This document shows positions 1-9,474 of a stretch of DNA of 64,000 nucleotides, in pieces. Position numbers and translations under genes: made by a program. Within the stretch, counting starts at the first letter, position 1; every line of letters starts with the position of its first letter. A model generated the notes under the pieces. The model was not told the origin of the DNA. It saw only the letters and a program-made list of their open reading frames with translations, and did no database searches. Origin of the DNA: an uncultured bacterium (GTDB taxonomy: Bacteria; Zixibacteria; MSB-5A5; CAIYYT01); assembly GCA_963726455.1 (NCBI GenBank), contig CAVSCK010000004.1, forward strand, positions 512,001 to 576,000, written 5' to 3'.

Positions 1-1089
1 CTCAAAAAAGGCGCCGACGACTACATCACCAAACCTTTCAAAATCGACGAAATCAAACAGGTCATCAAGACACTGCTTCAGGACAACGCGCTTCCGTCCG
101 GCGGCAAGAAACCGGCGCGCCGTAATGCTGATCTGTTTACGCTCGACAGGTTCGTCGGTCAATCGGATATCGTGTTCCGCCTTAAGGACCTGGTGACTCA
201 GATTGCATCTTCCGACTCGGCCGTACTGATACTCGGCGAAAGTGGCACCGGCAAGGACCTGATCGCACGCGCTATCCACGCGCTCTCGCACCGGCGCGAA
301 CAGCCCTTTGTGGCAATCAACTGCGGCGCCATTCCGGAATTGTTGCTCGAATCAGAACTCTTTGGACACAAGAAGGGATCGTTCACCGGCGCCATCAAGG
401 ACAAGGAAGGTCTGTTCCAGACTGCCGATGGCGGAGTGCTTTTCCTTGATGAAATCGGAAATCTCTCAACCGGTCTGCAGGTCAAGCTACTGCGCGTCCT
501 TGAAACTCAAGAGCTGGCCCCGGTTGGCTCCACTGTGCCGGTCAAAGTTGATGTACGCTTGATCGCTGCTACGAATGCTGATCTCGAGGGCGATGTGAAA
601 ACCGGCCGCTTCCGCGCCGATCTTTTCTACCGGCTTAACGTGCTCCCGATTCGCCTGCCTTCGCTCTCACAAAGACGTGAAGACATCCCGATGTTGGCGG
701 AACACTTCTTGATGAAGCTTGCAGCCAAACACAACAGCGCTCCGAAAAAACTATCGCCGGAGGCCGAGCGGCTTATCTCGGTTGCCGAGTGGCCCGGGAA
801 TGTTCGCGAATTGGAGAACACGATCACTCGCGCGTTTCTCCTGTCTCGATCGCAGCTCATCAGCCCGGCCGATTTTCCCGATAAGATCGCCAGGCAGGGA
901 ACGGCGGCAGATGTCACACCGGATGTCCCGACAAGTCCAACCCTCGAGTCAATTGAAAAGGCATACATCTATTGGGTGCTCAGTCAAACCGGCTGGCAAA
1001 AGGCCAAGGCAGCCAAGCTGCTGGGCATCGACGCTTCGACACTCTATCGCAAAATCGAGAAATATGACCTGAAGAGGGAAGGGGAATAG
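1..1089 (+). CDS. Sigma54-dependent response regulator (NtrC/PilR-like), 5' end outside the window
   Basis: Frame is open from base 1 (LKKGADDYITKPF, receiver C-terminus). It has Walker A GESGTGKD, GSFTGA (GAFTGA loop), FLDEIG, WPGNVRELEN and a C-terminal Fis HTH. It lies directly upstream of pilins. Confidence 0.93.
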   Translation, partial: LKKGADDYITKPFKIDEIKQVIKTLLQDNALPSGGKKPARRNADLFTLDRFVGQSDIVFRLKDLVTQIASSDSAVLILGESGTGKDLIARAIHALSHRREQPFVAINCGAIPELLLESELFGHKKGSFTGAIKDKEGLFQTADGGVLFLDEIGNLSTGLQVKLLRVLETQELAPVGSTVPVKVDVRLIAATNADLEGDVKTGRFRADLFYRLNVLPIRLPSLSQRREDIPMLAEHFLMKLAAKHNSAPKKLSPEAERLISVAEWPGNVRELENTITRAFLLSRSQLISPADFPDKIARQGTAADVTPDVPTSPTLESIEKAYIYWVLSQTGWQKAKAAKLLGIDASTLYRKIEKYDLKREGE

Positions 1090-1107
1090 CATTGCAGAAT
1101 GCAATGC
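1089..1107. promoter_or_regulatory. Candidate enhancer (UAS) for the sigma54 activator
   Basis: Perfect palindrome GCATTGCA-GAA-TGCAATGC about 105-125 bp upstream of a -24/-12 element. Confidence 0.55.
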
Positions 1108-1211
1108 CCCTGTCGCAGTTTCCCCGCGTTCCGGGCCCTCCCTTCGGGTGTTTCCCTTTGCAACGCAACATAAGCCGCTGCACATGCGGCAGTTATAACA
1201 CTGCGTCGAGT

Positions 1212-1227
1212 GGGCATTGCAGTTGCA
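1212..1227 (+). promoter_or_regulatory. Sigma54 -24/-12 promoter of the pilin genes
   Basis: GGGCATTGCAGTTGCA with GG at 1213-14 and GC at 1225-26 (canonical 12-bp offset), 30 bp before the pilin ATG. Confidence 0.75.
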
Positions 1228-1256
1228 TCACGTATGGCAGACGGTTACGAGGAGAA

Positions 1257-1694
1257 ATGATGAACTACAGGCAAGACAATCAGAAAGGTTTTACGCTGCT
1301 GGAACTGATGATCGTAGTGGTCATCCTCGGCATCCTTGCCGCCATGGCAATTCCTCGCTTTATCGCCGTCACAACCAAGACCAAACAGTCAGAAGCCAAA
1401 CTGATTCTCAAGCAGATCTACAGTAACGAACGCATCTACTGGGAGCAGTTCGGCGAATACTGGATTCCGCCCGGCGGCACCACTGCCAACCAGGCGAATC
1501 CCTTTGCTTTTGCGGAAATCCTGGTTGAGGTGCAAAACCCGGCGCGTTACGACTATACCATCGCCGGCACGGCGACCACTTTCACTGCCACTGCCACCGC
1601 GAATCTCGATGACGATGCCACTATGGACGAGTGGACCATCAACGAGGCCGGACAATTGCGGGTAACGGCTGGCAAGAATGACGCTGCGGGCTAG
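1257..1694 (+). CDS. Type IV pilin (PilA-like) 1
   Basis: Class III signal QKG/FTLLELMIVVVILGILAAMAIPRF; RBS GAGGAG at 1249-54. Start is at 1257 or 1260, not 1092. Confidence 0.93.
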   Translation: MMNYRQDNQKGFTLLELMIVVVILGILAAMAIPRFIAVTTKTKQSEAKLILKQIYSNERIYWEQFGEYWIPPGGTTANQANPFAFAEILVEVQNPARYDYTIAGTATTFTATATANLDDDATMDEWTINEAGQLRVTAGKNDAAG

Positions 1695-1772
1695 ATCAAT
1701 GCTTGAATGGAAGAATAACCTGAACTTGATGAGAAACCAAGTTTCTTAACCTTAAGCCTGAGGAGGCACAAC

Positions 1773-2213
1773 ATGTTGTCCAATTTTCATCGGAGCCAGA
1801 AGGGCTTCACACTGATCGAGCTGATGATCGTCGTGGTCATCATCGGTATCTTGGCTGCTTTGGCTATTCCGCGGTTCATGAGAGCCACAACGAAGTCGAA
1901 ACAGTCAGAAGCCAAGCAGATCTTAAAGCAGATCTACACAATGCAACAGACCTACAAGCAGGCCAATGACACTTACTGGATTTCCGGTGGTGCCACTGCC
2001 AGTGCTGCAGCGCCAAACGGGTTTGCTGTGCTGGGCGTCGAGGTCGGCCCGACCGCTCGTTACACCTACAGCTTCCCGGTAGAGACCGCGACCACTTTCA
2101 CCGGACAGGCGACAGTAGCCGCACCTGGTCTTGACGATGACGCAGCGCCAGACACCTGGACAATCAACCAGGATGGTCAGCTGGTGTGCACGTCTGATGA
2201 CTCGGTGCTTTAG
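1773..2213 (+). CDS. Type IV pilin (PilA-like) 2, paralog of pilin 1
   Basis: QKG/FTLIELMIVVVIIGILAALAIPRF; shares KQSEAK-ILKQIY and LDDDA-xD-WTIN blocks with pilin 1; RBS GAGGAGG. Confidence 0.93.
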   Translation: MLSNFHRSQKGFTLIELMIVVVIIGILAALAIPRFMRATTKSKQSEAKQILKQIYTMQQTYKQANDTYWISGGATASAAAPNGFAVLGVEVGPTARYTYSFPVETATTFTGQATVAAPGLDDDAAPDTWTINQDGQLVCTSDDSVL

Positions 2214-2236
2214 TCGTACGTTTGAAACTCGTTGTG

Positions 2237-2264
2237 AAGCGGGGTCATTTGACCCCGCTTTTTT
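2237..2264 (+). terminator. Rho-independent terminator after the pilins
   Basis: AAGCGGGGTCA-TT-TGACCCCGCTT followed by a T run. Confidence 0.85.
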
Positions 2265-2312
2265 ATTGCCCGCCTCCTGAATGACCGTGTCAATACTGCC
2301 GAAAATAGCAGT

Positions 2313-3485
2313 ATGACACATAATCTCCCCGGCGAAGTCTGCACCCCAAAGACCGGGACTGTCCCTGCATCAAAACGCCTGTTGCTGGTCACCGACCGAT
2401 TTCCGGCTTCTCCCGACGATTTTCACAGCGCCTGGATTCTGGAAGTCACTACTACTCTGAATTCCCATGGTATCGCTCCCGAGGTGTTTACGACCTCTTG
2501 TGCGACCGCTCGCTCATCTGGCAAGTGGCCTATGCCCGTCTTCCACAGCAGTTCTGCTCAACTCGAATTCCGTTATGGAAGCCGCAAAGGACTGCGAACT
2601 TATCTGAAATTCAGGGATTATCTTCGTAACGGCGCGCTGGCTCTGACTCAACACTTGCAGCGGCATAGCTACGATCATGTCATAGCGCTGGGTGCCTTTC
2701 CGTCCGGGTGGGTGGCGTGGCAGGCGTGCGAACCGAACAACATCCCGTTCTCAATATGGTCCCTCGGAAATGACATCAACGATTGGGCTCGCAGAATGTC
2801 CTTCGGTCGGCTTGTCCGCCAGTCTTTGCGGCATGCCGCCAATCTATACGCCTCAGGGGATAAACTTTCCGACACCGTGACCTCAATCAGTGGACGTGAA
2901 TGCTGCTTCCTGCCGACTTTTCGGCGGTTGCACTACCGGATGTTCCCGATGCCGCGTGAACACTATTTCCTTTACGTGGGCGCCATCGAAAAGCGGCGCG
3001 GCGTCTTCGATCTCCTCAAGGCCTTTGCGCGCATCAGGAAAGACATTTGGGATTATCGCCTGTTAATCGTGGGCTCCGGTTCTCAGGAAAACCGTTTGCA
3101 GAAGGCCATCACATCGCTCCACCTGCGTGGCAAAGTTCATGCCCTTGGCAATGTCTCCGATGAAGAACTCGTAAATTACCTGCAACGCGCCAAGGCCCTG
3201 ATTATTCCGTCCCATTCCGACTCAATTCCTATTGCCCTCGGTGAAGCGCTGCAAACCGCGACGCCCCTGGTTGTGACCGATGTCGGCGACCTTGGCACGC
3301 TCGTGCGCGACAACAAACTCGGCTTCGTGGCACGCCGCAAATCGCCCAGTTCGCTTGCCGATGCCATGGTGCGAATGATGGTCTCCGATCTTGATATCCG
3401 CGCCAGCGCTAAACAAGTAATCGATCGCCTCTTGCCCGAAAATGCCGTGCGCACTCTGATCGAATCTCTGGCGGACAAGACCTGA
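2313..3485 (+). CDS. Glycosyltransferase family 4 (GT-B)
   Basis: FLYVGAIEKRRG, LLIVGSG, IIPSHSDSIPIALGEA (D-x7-E variant of E-x7-E), PLVVTDVG. Confidence 0.85.
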   Translation: MTHNLPGEVCTPKTGTVPASKRLLLVTDRFPASPDDFHSAWILEVTTTLNSHGIAPEVFTTSCATARSSGKWPMPVFHSSSAQLEFRYGSRKGLRTYLKFRDYLRNGALALTQHLQRHSYDHVIALGAFPSGWVAWQACEPNNIPFSIWSLGNDINDWARRMSFGRLVRQSLRHAANLYASGDKLSDTVTSISGRECCFLPTFRRLHYRMFPMPREHYFLYVGAIEKRRGVFDLLKAFARIRKDIWDYRLLIVGSGSQENRLQKAITSLHLRGKVHALGNVSDEELVNYLQRAKALIIPSHSDSIPIALGEALQTATPLVVTDVGDLGTLVRDNKLGFVARRKSPSSLADAMVRMMVSDLDIRASAKQVIDRLLPENAVRTLIESLADKT

Positions 3486-3581
3486 TTCACCGCCAACGCG
3501 TGTCTGAAAGGACACGCCGCTGATTTCGTATCTCGCAAAAAACGATTGCACCGACACGTTGAAACGCGTTAGTTCAAGCAT

Positions 3582-5516
3582 GTGAACAAGCTTTTCCTGT
3601 TGATTTGTCTGGCCCTCTCTCTTGCCGCCACCACTTCAATCTCAGCCGCCGATCTGCACTTTCCAGTCGACACGATCAATCACGTCCTCAACTTCATCGA
3701 TATCGACACCACAGATATTTCCTTCCGGACTGACTGGGTTGACCGCGACAGCTTTCGGCTCAAAATCATCGATGATCTCACGGTGCATCCGCTGCAAATA
3801 CCGCACTACCTCAAGAATCGCGGTGACTTTCTGATGGACACTTCCGCTTCAGTCTTGGATAAATTCGATTCGCTGGCGATGACACTGAATACAACTTGGA
3901 TGCCGATTGCCGATCTCGACAGGCCGTCCCAGTTAGGTAGTTCCTCTGCCACAAGTCTGTTTCCCGCCGCAATTCGGCAAGGTGGAGTCGCGGCGGAATT
4001 TGCCCGGCAACTTGACCTGCTGGTATCTTCGCTCACCGACGCTAATGCCTTGATGGAATCGCGTGTCCTCGCTCCAATGGGCAGAGACCGTTCATTTCTT
4101 GAAAACGATTTTATTCAATTTCTTCACGAGGACGAGAAGAGCGCCGAGTACTCGCTTGACCGCATCGACAGCTTGCAACGCCTCAATGATTCGCTCGCTA
4201 TCCGATTCAAAACTGTCGGACCGAAAGTCCGGCTCAACGCAAGCATCTCCGCCAACCGTCTTGTCGTCAGCGAGTATCAGCAATTTTCATCGTGGCTTGC
4301 CGTCAACCGTCGCGCGCTCTTGAAACTAACTGACGAACAAATTCGGCAACTGTTTCCAACAATCGATGGCCTGTGTGAAATCAGCGGAAAGGGCAATGAC
4401 CGCCACGAGCGTTATTGTGCCGTCACCATTGATCTAGGCGGCGATGATGAATATCTCCTATCCGCATTGGCTTCCCAACGCAGTCAGATCATCTTCGATC
4501 TCTCCGGCGACGACCGCTACATCGCCCAATCTGACTACTGCTTCGGCGGCGGATTCCTTGGTTGCAGCATCCTGGACGACTGGCAGGGGAATGACACCTA
4601 CCTCGCCAAGAGCTACTCTCTCGGCTGCGGTATTTTCGGAACCGGCATTCTGGTCGATCGCGCCGGCGACGACACCTACATCGGCGACATCGGCTGTCAG
4701 GGTGCATCATCCTTCGGTGTTGGCATGTTGCTCGACTATGGTGGAATGGACTCCTACAGTGCGTCGCTCTATTCCCAGGGTTTCGCCTTCATTATGGGTT
4801 CCTCTGCGCTCGTCGATTTCAGCGGCAATGACCGCTACGCCGTCGGCTGGAAATATGGCGACATTCTCCGTTATGAAGACCACTATGTCTCGCTTTCGCA
4901 GGGTTTCGCCTACGGGCTGCGCCCATATTTCTCCGGTGGGGTCGGCCTGTTGGTTGACGGCAGCGGCAACGACGTTTATGAATCCGATATCTTCGGCCAG
5001 GGCGCCTCCTATTGGTTTGCATTGGGCGGGCTGCTGGACTACGGCGGAAACGATCAATACATCTCGTACCAGTATGCCCAAGGCAACGGCACGCACCTTT
5101 CGCTCGGCGCGCTTATTGACATCAGCGGCGACGACTTGTACAGTTCAAAGGGCGTCTCACAGGGCTGCGGACACGATCTCGCTTTCGGGTTGTTGCTCGA
5201 TTGTTCCGGCAATGACCAATACAATGCCTTCGATCTGTCCCAGGCCGCCGGTTCCGCCAACGGCGTCGGCATGCTCATCGACCTTGCCGGTGATGATGCC
5301 TACATGGCGCGCGTGAAGGGCAACACCCATGGTTACGGCAACCCGCGCCGCGAGTACGGATCGGTCGGCCTGCTGCTCGATCTGGGCGGTGTCGACTATT
5401 ATCGCGGTTACGGCGCCGATGATTCCTATTGGGTAACCCCGTCCAAATGGGGTTTGGGCGCCGATCTGAATTCGGTCAAACCCGATACAACAAAGGTGAA
5501 AACCGGTGGCAAGTAG
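3582..5516 (+). CDS. Secreted protein with about 12 D-x-x-G-x-D-x-Y repeats (unknown function)
   Basis: N-terminal signal peptide; Gly/Asp-rich repeats such as IDLGGDDEY, VDRAGDDTY, LDYGGNDQY with a period of about 26 aa. Confidence 0.8.
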   Translation: MNKLFLLICLALSLAATTSISAADLHFPVDTINHVLNFIDIDTTDISFRTDWVDRDSFRLKIIDDLTVHPLQIPHYLKNRGDFLMDTSASVLDKFDSLAMTLNTTWMPIADLDRPSQLGSSSATSLFPAAIRQGGVAAEFARQLDLLVSSLTDANALMESRVLAPMGRDRSFLENDFIQFLHEDEKSAEYSLDRIDSLQRLNDSLAIRFKTVGPKVRLNASISANRLVVSEYQQFSSWLAVNRRALLKLTDEQIRQLFPTIDGLCEISGKGNDRHERYCAVTIDLGGDDEYLLSALASQRSQIIFDLSGDDRYIAQSDYCFGGGFLGCSILDDWQGNDTYLAKSYSLGCGIFGTGILVDRAGDDTYIGDIGCQGASSFGVGMLLDYGGMDSYSASLYSQGFAFIMGSSALVDFSGNDRYAVGWKYGDILRYEDHYVSLSQGFAYGLRPYFSGGVGLLVDGSGNDVYESDIFGQGASYWFALGGLLDYGGNDQYISYQYAQGNGTHLSLGALIDISGDDLYSSKGVSQGCGHDLAFGLLLDCSGNDQYNAFDLSQAAGSANGVGMLIDLAGDDAYMARVKGNTHGYGNPRREYGSVGLLLDLGGVDYYRGYGADDSYWVTPSKWGLGADLNSVKPDTTKVKTGGK

Positions 5517-6429
5517 AATCATCATCCTGCTGCTCTGCATGGCTTCGGCTTTGCTGGCTGATACGCGCTCCGAAGTTACGCGTCTGTTTCAGCAGGCATC
5601 CTCGGGCGAGATTCGTTTCACTAAATTGGTGCAACCCTCCAAAGACTCGCTCAGCGCCATGAAGGATAGTGCCGCCAAATATCTTGTCGAGCGGCTGACC
5701 ACCACCGATGCGCGGGAAGCGCTCACGCTGGTCGACATCTTCCGTGGCATGGGCAGAGTCGCCACTCCGTATCTCGTCGCCGCTCTCAAGACTGACGACA
5801 AGTATCAATTGCGAACCACCTGCCGCTCGCTGGCCGACATCAAGGATTCAACCGCAATTTCTGATCTGCTCATCACCGCGACCAATTCTGATTACACTGT
5901 CCGCGCGGAAGCAGTGACCGCGATCGGCAAGAGCGGTGGGGGAGCGAACACCGCCGCGAAATTGGAGCCGTTCCTGCGCGACTCGGTCTTTTCCGTTCGC
6001 AAAAGTGCTGTCTACGGTCTTGGTGTCCTGAAAAGTCCTGGATCGGCGGAATTGCTCGTGCGCTCGCTATACGATCCGCATTTCGGCGTGCGGCTGTCCG
6101 CCTACGACGCTATCGTATCGTTCGACACTCTGTCCTTTGCCCAGGTCACTGCTTTGATCGACACCGTCAAGACTCCTGCAGTCGCTGGGCTGGCTATCCG
6201 CCTGGCAGGCCGACTTCGTATTCATCAGGTGGAACCGAAAGTCGCGGTATATCTGAACGACGCTGACCCGCTTCTTCGCGGTTGGGCTGTCTGGTCCGAA
6301 GGGCGGCTTCTGGGCAGGAACGTTGCCCCAAAGTTGTCTGAATTGCAGAGTCGTGAGACCGACATTTTCGTGAAGTCAATGATTACTGACACACGCGCCT
6401 ATATCGACACGCTTTCTTCTCATGAGTAA
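5506..6429 (+). CDS. Secreted HEAT-repeat protein
   Basis: Signal peptide; VRAEAVTAIG, VRKSAVYGLG, VRLSAYDAI repeats; overlaps the upstream gene. Confidence 0.85.
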   Translation: MASRIIILLLCMASALLADTRSEVTRLFQQASSGEIRFTKLVQPSKDSLSAMKDSAAKYLVERLTTTDAREALTLVDIFRGMGRVATPYLVAALKTDDKYQLRTTCRSLADIKDSTAISDLLITATNSDYTVRAEAVTAIGKSGGGANTAAKLEPFLRDSVFSVRKSAVYGLGVLKSPGSAELLVRSLYDPHFGVRLSAYDAIVSFDTLSFAQVTALIDTVKTPAVAGLAIRLAGRLRIHQVEPKVAVYLNDADPLLRGWAVWSEGRLLGRNVAPKLSELQSRETDIFVKSMITDTRAYIDTLSSHE

Positions 6430-7645
6430 GTTCGATTTTCTGGATCAGTTCCACAAAGAGCAAAAGCTCGATGTGGATCGCGTCGCCTTGCGCGATTTCG
6501 CCTCCGAAATCGGCGGCGAAATCGTCACTGCCGACAACGGAACCTATCTTGAAATCGTCACCGACTTCTCCAGCAAGTACCTTCATGGCGTCAAGGCGCT
6601 CCAGACAATCCTTGCCAACCGCCAGGTATCTTTCGATTGTTTCGAGACTTCAGGCGGCAACGGTTGTGCCGATTGCGAACAACTTGTCTTCATCGACGCC
6701 GAGACCACCGGCTTGTCGACCACTGCGGGCACAGTCGCCTTTCTGATCGGTGTCGGCTATGTCACCGGCGACATCTTTCGCGTGCACCAGTTCTTTCTTC
6801 CCGATTATGCCGACGAGCCGGCGCTGCTCGATGCCGTCACTGAGCTTGTTGACGGCAAAACCGTTGTTGTCAGTTTTAACGGCAAATCGTTCGACCTCCC
6901 GCTCCTGGAGGCGCGCTATATCGTCCAGCGTATGTCGACTCCATTCGCGCGAATGCGCCATCTCGACCTGCTCCATGTCTCACGCCGTTTCTGGCGGGGA
7001 CGCTTCGTGGACAACACTCTGCAGACACTCGAAAAGGAACTGCTCAATGTCTACCGCTACAATGACACCCCCGGCTACTTGATTCCTCAACTCTATTTCG
7101 ATTATCTCCGCACCGGAGAGCCCGAACCATTGGCGGGAGTCATGTTGCATAACCGATTGGATATCGTGACCCTGCTGTTTCTGATGCAAACGATCCAAAG
7201 TTATCTCGAGGATGCCGAACGTTTCGACTATTATTCTCCACTTGATGCCCTGATGATTTCCCGGCATTTGTCGCGAAAGGGAGAGATCGAAAAAGCCGTG
7301 GAGGTTGCCTGCCGTCAGTTTAATGGTCAGGTGAAGCACGAGACTGAGTTGACGCTGGCGCTCCATCTATATCGCTCCCAGAAGCGTCTGGGACGCCACC
7401 AGGAAGCTCTCACCACCGTCTTGCACATTCGGCAGTCGTTCGGGGAGACCCGCCTGTTTGCCCTGGAGGAAGCCGCCAAGATTTTCGAACACCGTCTGCG
7501 CGACTACGCCGCCGCTTCCCAACTGGTTCTGGAAGCCCTCGAATATTTGGACAGCCCTTTAGCGGAAATCGAGCCGAACCGTCTGTCCGTCTGGTACGAC
7601 AACTTCCAAAAGCGAAGAAAACGCCTTCTGGCTCGTCTGGCCTAA
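6422..7645 (+). CDS. RNase H-like 3'-5' exonuclease (YprB/RNase_H_2 type) with C-terminal TPR-like helices
   Basis: FIDAETTGL, SFNGKSFDLP, HLDLLH and HNRLDI motifs. Confidence 0.88.
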   Translation: MSKFDFLDQFHKEQKLDVDRVALRDFASEIGGEIVTADNGTYLEIVTDFSSKYLHGVKALQTILANRQVSFDCFETSGGNGCADCEQLVFIDAETTGLSTTAGTVAFLIGVGYVTGDIFRVHQFFLPDYADEPALLDAVTELVDGKTVVVSFNGKSFDLPLLEARYIVQRMSTPFARMRHLDLLHVSRRFWRGRFVDNTLQTLEKELLNVYRYNDTPGYLIPQLYFDYLRTGEPEPLAGVMLHNRLDIVTLLFLMQTIQSYLEDAERFDYYSPLDALMISRHLSRKGEIEKAVEVACRQFNGQVKHETELTLALHLYRSQKRLGRHQEALTTVLHIRQSFGETRLFALEEAAKIFEHRLRDYAAASQLVLEALEYLDSPLAEIEPNRLSVWYDNFQKRRKRLLARLA

Positions 7646-7690
7646 CTTTTTGCTGCACATTTTTTTGGTCTCAGCCGATAACTAGACAAG

Positions 7691-8993
7691 ATGAACAAGC
7701 TGCAGTTTGAAGCGCGACTGTCGTCCTTCAAGTCCTTGTCGACGTTGCCCGCCGTAATGGCGCAAGTGCTTCGTGTGTGCGACGATCCCGATTCGTCTTT
7801 GTCGCAACTTAGCGATATCATCATGAGCGATGTCGCTCTGACCGCACGAATCCTCAAAGTCGCCAATTCACCTTATTATGGCACTACACAGGAAATATCT
7901 TCCATTCGCCAGGGCGTCGTTACCCTGGGCGCGGGTCGCGTAAAATCGCTCGCACTATCGCTGTCGCTGTATGATCTCTCTGCCAAAATCGGCGGCAGAA
8001 TTGATCTGAAAGATTTCTGGCGCCATTCGCTCAACGTTGCCTGTGTCGCCGAACTGATTGCCAGGAAGGTCGAACCGGCATATATGGAAGAGTCCTTCAC
8101 CTGCGGTTGCCTTCATGACATCGGCGTTCTCGTGTTGGACAGCATTTACGGCAAGGAATACTCGAAAGTGCTCGGCAGCAGCGTCGCCGGCAGCGATCTC
8201 GCGCGCCGCGAACAGCAGTTTCTCGAAATCGACCATGCCGTCGCCGGCGAAATGGTGGCCCGCGTCTGGAATTTCCCGGCCATGTATGCAGAAGCCATCG
8301 CCCATCATCACGATGTCATCGGCCTGGAGGGTTCCCGCCGCAGCGATGTTCTTCCGATGATTATCAACCTCGCGGACCGACTGGCAACGTTCGCGCATGA
8401 AGTATCGCAGTCGCCTGATCGCGCACAGCTTTCCAACCGCGAAATCCTCGCCAGCAATCTTGGACTCAGCTCGACTGACTCTGCGTGAAATCGAATGTGA
8501 GGCGCTCAGCAAGCTTCTCGAAGCCGCGCGCTTCCTCGAAATGGATGTTGGCACACCGACCGAACTGTTACAGCGCGCCACCGGTCAGCTCTATGATCTT
8601 TACGTGCAGTTGGAGAGCACTTTCAACGAACTGAAGCACGCCAAGGATCAACTGGATGAGGAGAAGCTCAACAAAGTTGCGCTCGATTCCCTGAAAGCTA
8701 TTATCGCGACGTTCTCACATTACCTGAACAACGCCGCCGCTACGATCTCCGGACGCACGCAACTTCTCGATCTCGCACTCCAGAAGGGTAACATCTCGGA
8801 CCCGCAGGGAATGTTGGGCAAATCACTTCCGGTGTATGACAAAGGCGTCGAGCAAATTCTCTCGGTCATCGACAAACTCAAGAAGATCACCATTTTCAAA
8901 ACCGCCATCTATCACGACAACACCCGCATCATCGATTTCGAAAAAGAACTGCGCGAATTCGACGCTGCCACCACCAAAATCACTCACGAATAA
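7691..8993 (+). pseudogene. HDOD-domain signalling protein with a C-terminal HisKA-like helix; one frameshift near 8480
   Basis: TLPAV, DVALTARILKVANSPYYG, FWRHS, LHDIG and DHA in ORF 7691-8488; continues as LREIE...SHYLNN in ORF 8397-8993. Removing one base in gact-t-ctg restores the frame. Confidence 0.8.
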
Positions 8994-9030
8994 TCAATCT
9001 CAAGTACTTTCAGCATTAGTCACCAGATTT

Positions 9031-9052
9031 GTAGGAGCGGCTTCAGCCGCGA
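9031..9052 (+). repeat. GTAG-type REP-like palindrome
   Basis: GTAGGAGCGGCTTCAGCCGCGA: a GTAG tag plus a hairpin, downstream of a gene. Confidence 0.65.
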
Positions 9053-9150
9053 CCTTATTGCTACACTGTCTTTTTCCACGCTGTCAAGAATCCGTATGCC
9101 GCGCCGTCAGGACCACTGTTGCTGTCCTGTAATCCTCAAACAGCGCGGTT

Positions 9151-9230
9151 GCGGCAGGTCCTGATTTCGCGCGTTCTCTGGGAATCCCTTGATAGTTTCT
9201 GACTCCCAGCGCGAAATTGTGACCTGCCGC
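9151..9230. repeat. CAGGTC...GACCTG hairpin family copy
   Basis: GCGGCAGGTC-CTG-ATTTCGCGC...GCGCGAAAT-TGT-GACCTGCCGC; related copies at 28490, 38782, 38879 and 43845. Confidence 0.6.
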
Positions 9231-9301
9231 TTGTGAGTACTGCTGAATATTGAACGTACGGGACTGCCTCCCAATTCCTGACGGTTCTCTCGCACCTGCT
9301 T

Positions 9302-9343
9302 CCTCCCCTCGCCCTTTGGGAGAGGGGCAGGGGGTGAGGGAGC
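9302..9343. repeat. CCCTC/GGGAGAGGG...GGGGTGAGGG palindromic repeat
   Basis: Near-identical copy at 28366-28408. Confidence 0.7.
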
Positions 9344-9474
9344 ACCTGCATTATTCGAACCCATATTACCTTGACCGCCTAACCACATGTTTCCCAACGC
9401 CGATTCCCAAAGAATTCCCTTGATTCCGCCCGTTTCGGAACGTAGTTTCGAGGATAAATTTTTCGGAGGACTTC

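Noticed and set aside
1092-1256. N-terminal extension of pilin 1
   Set aside because: It spans the promoter region; the RBS and class III leader place the start at 1257 or 1260.
8460-8500. Programmed frameshift in the HDOD gene
   Set aside because: No slippery heptamer or stimulatory structure; neighbouring indels point to error or decay.
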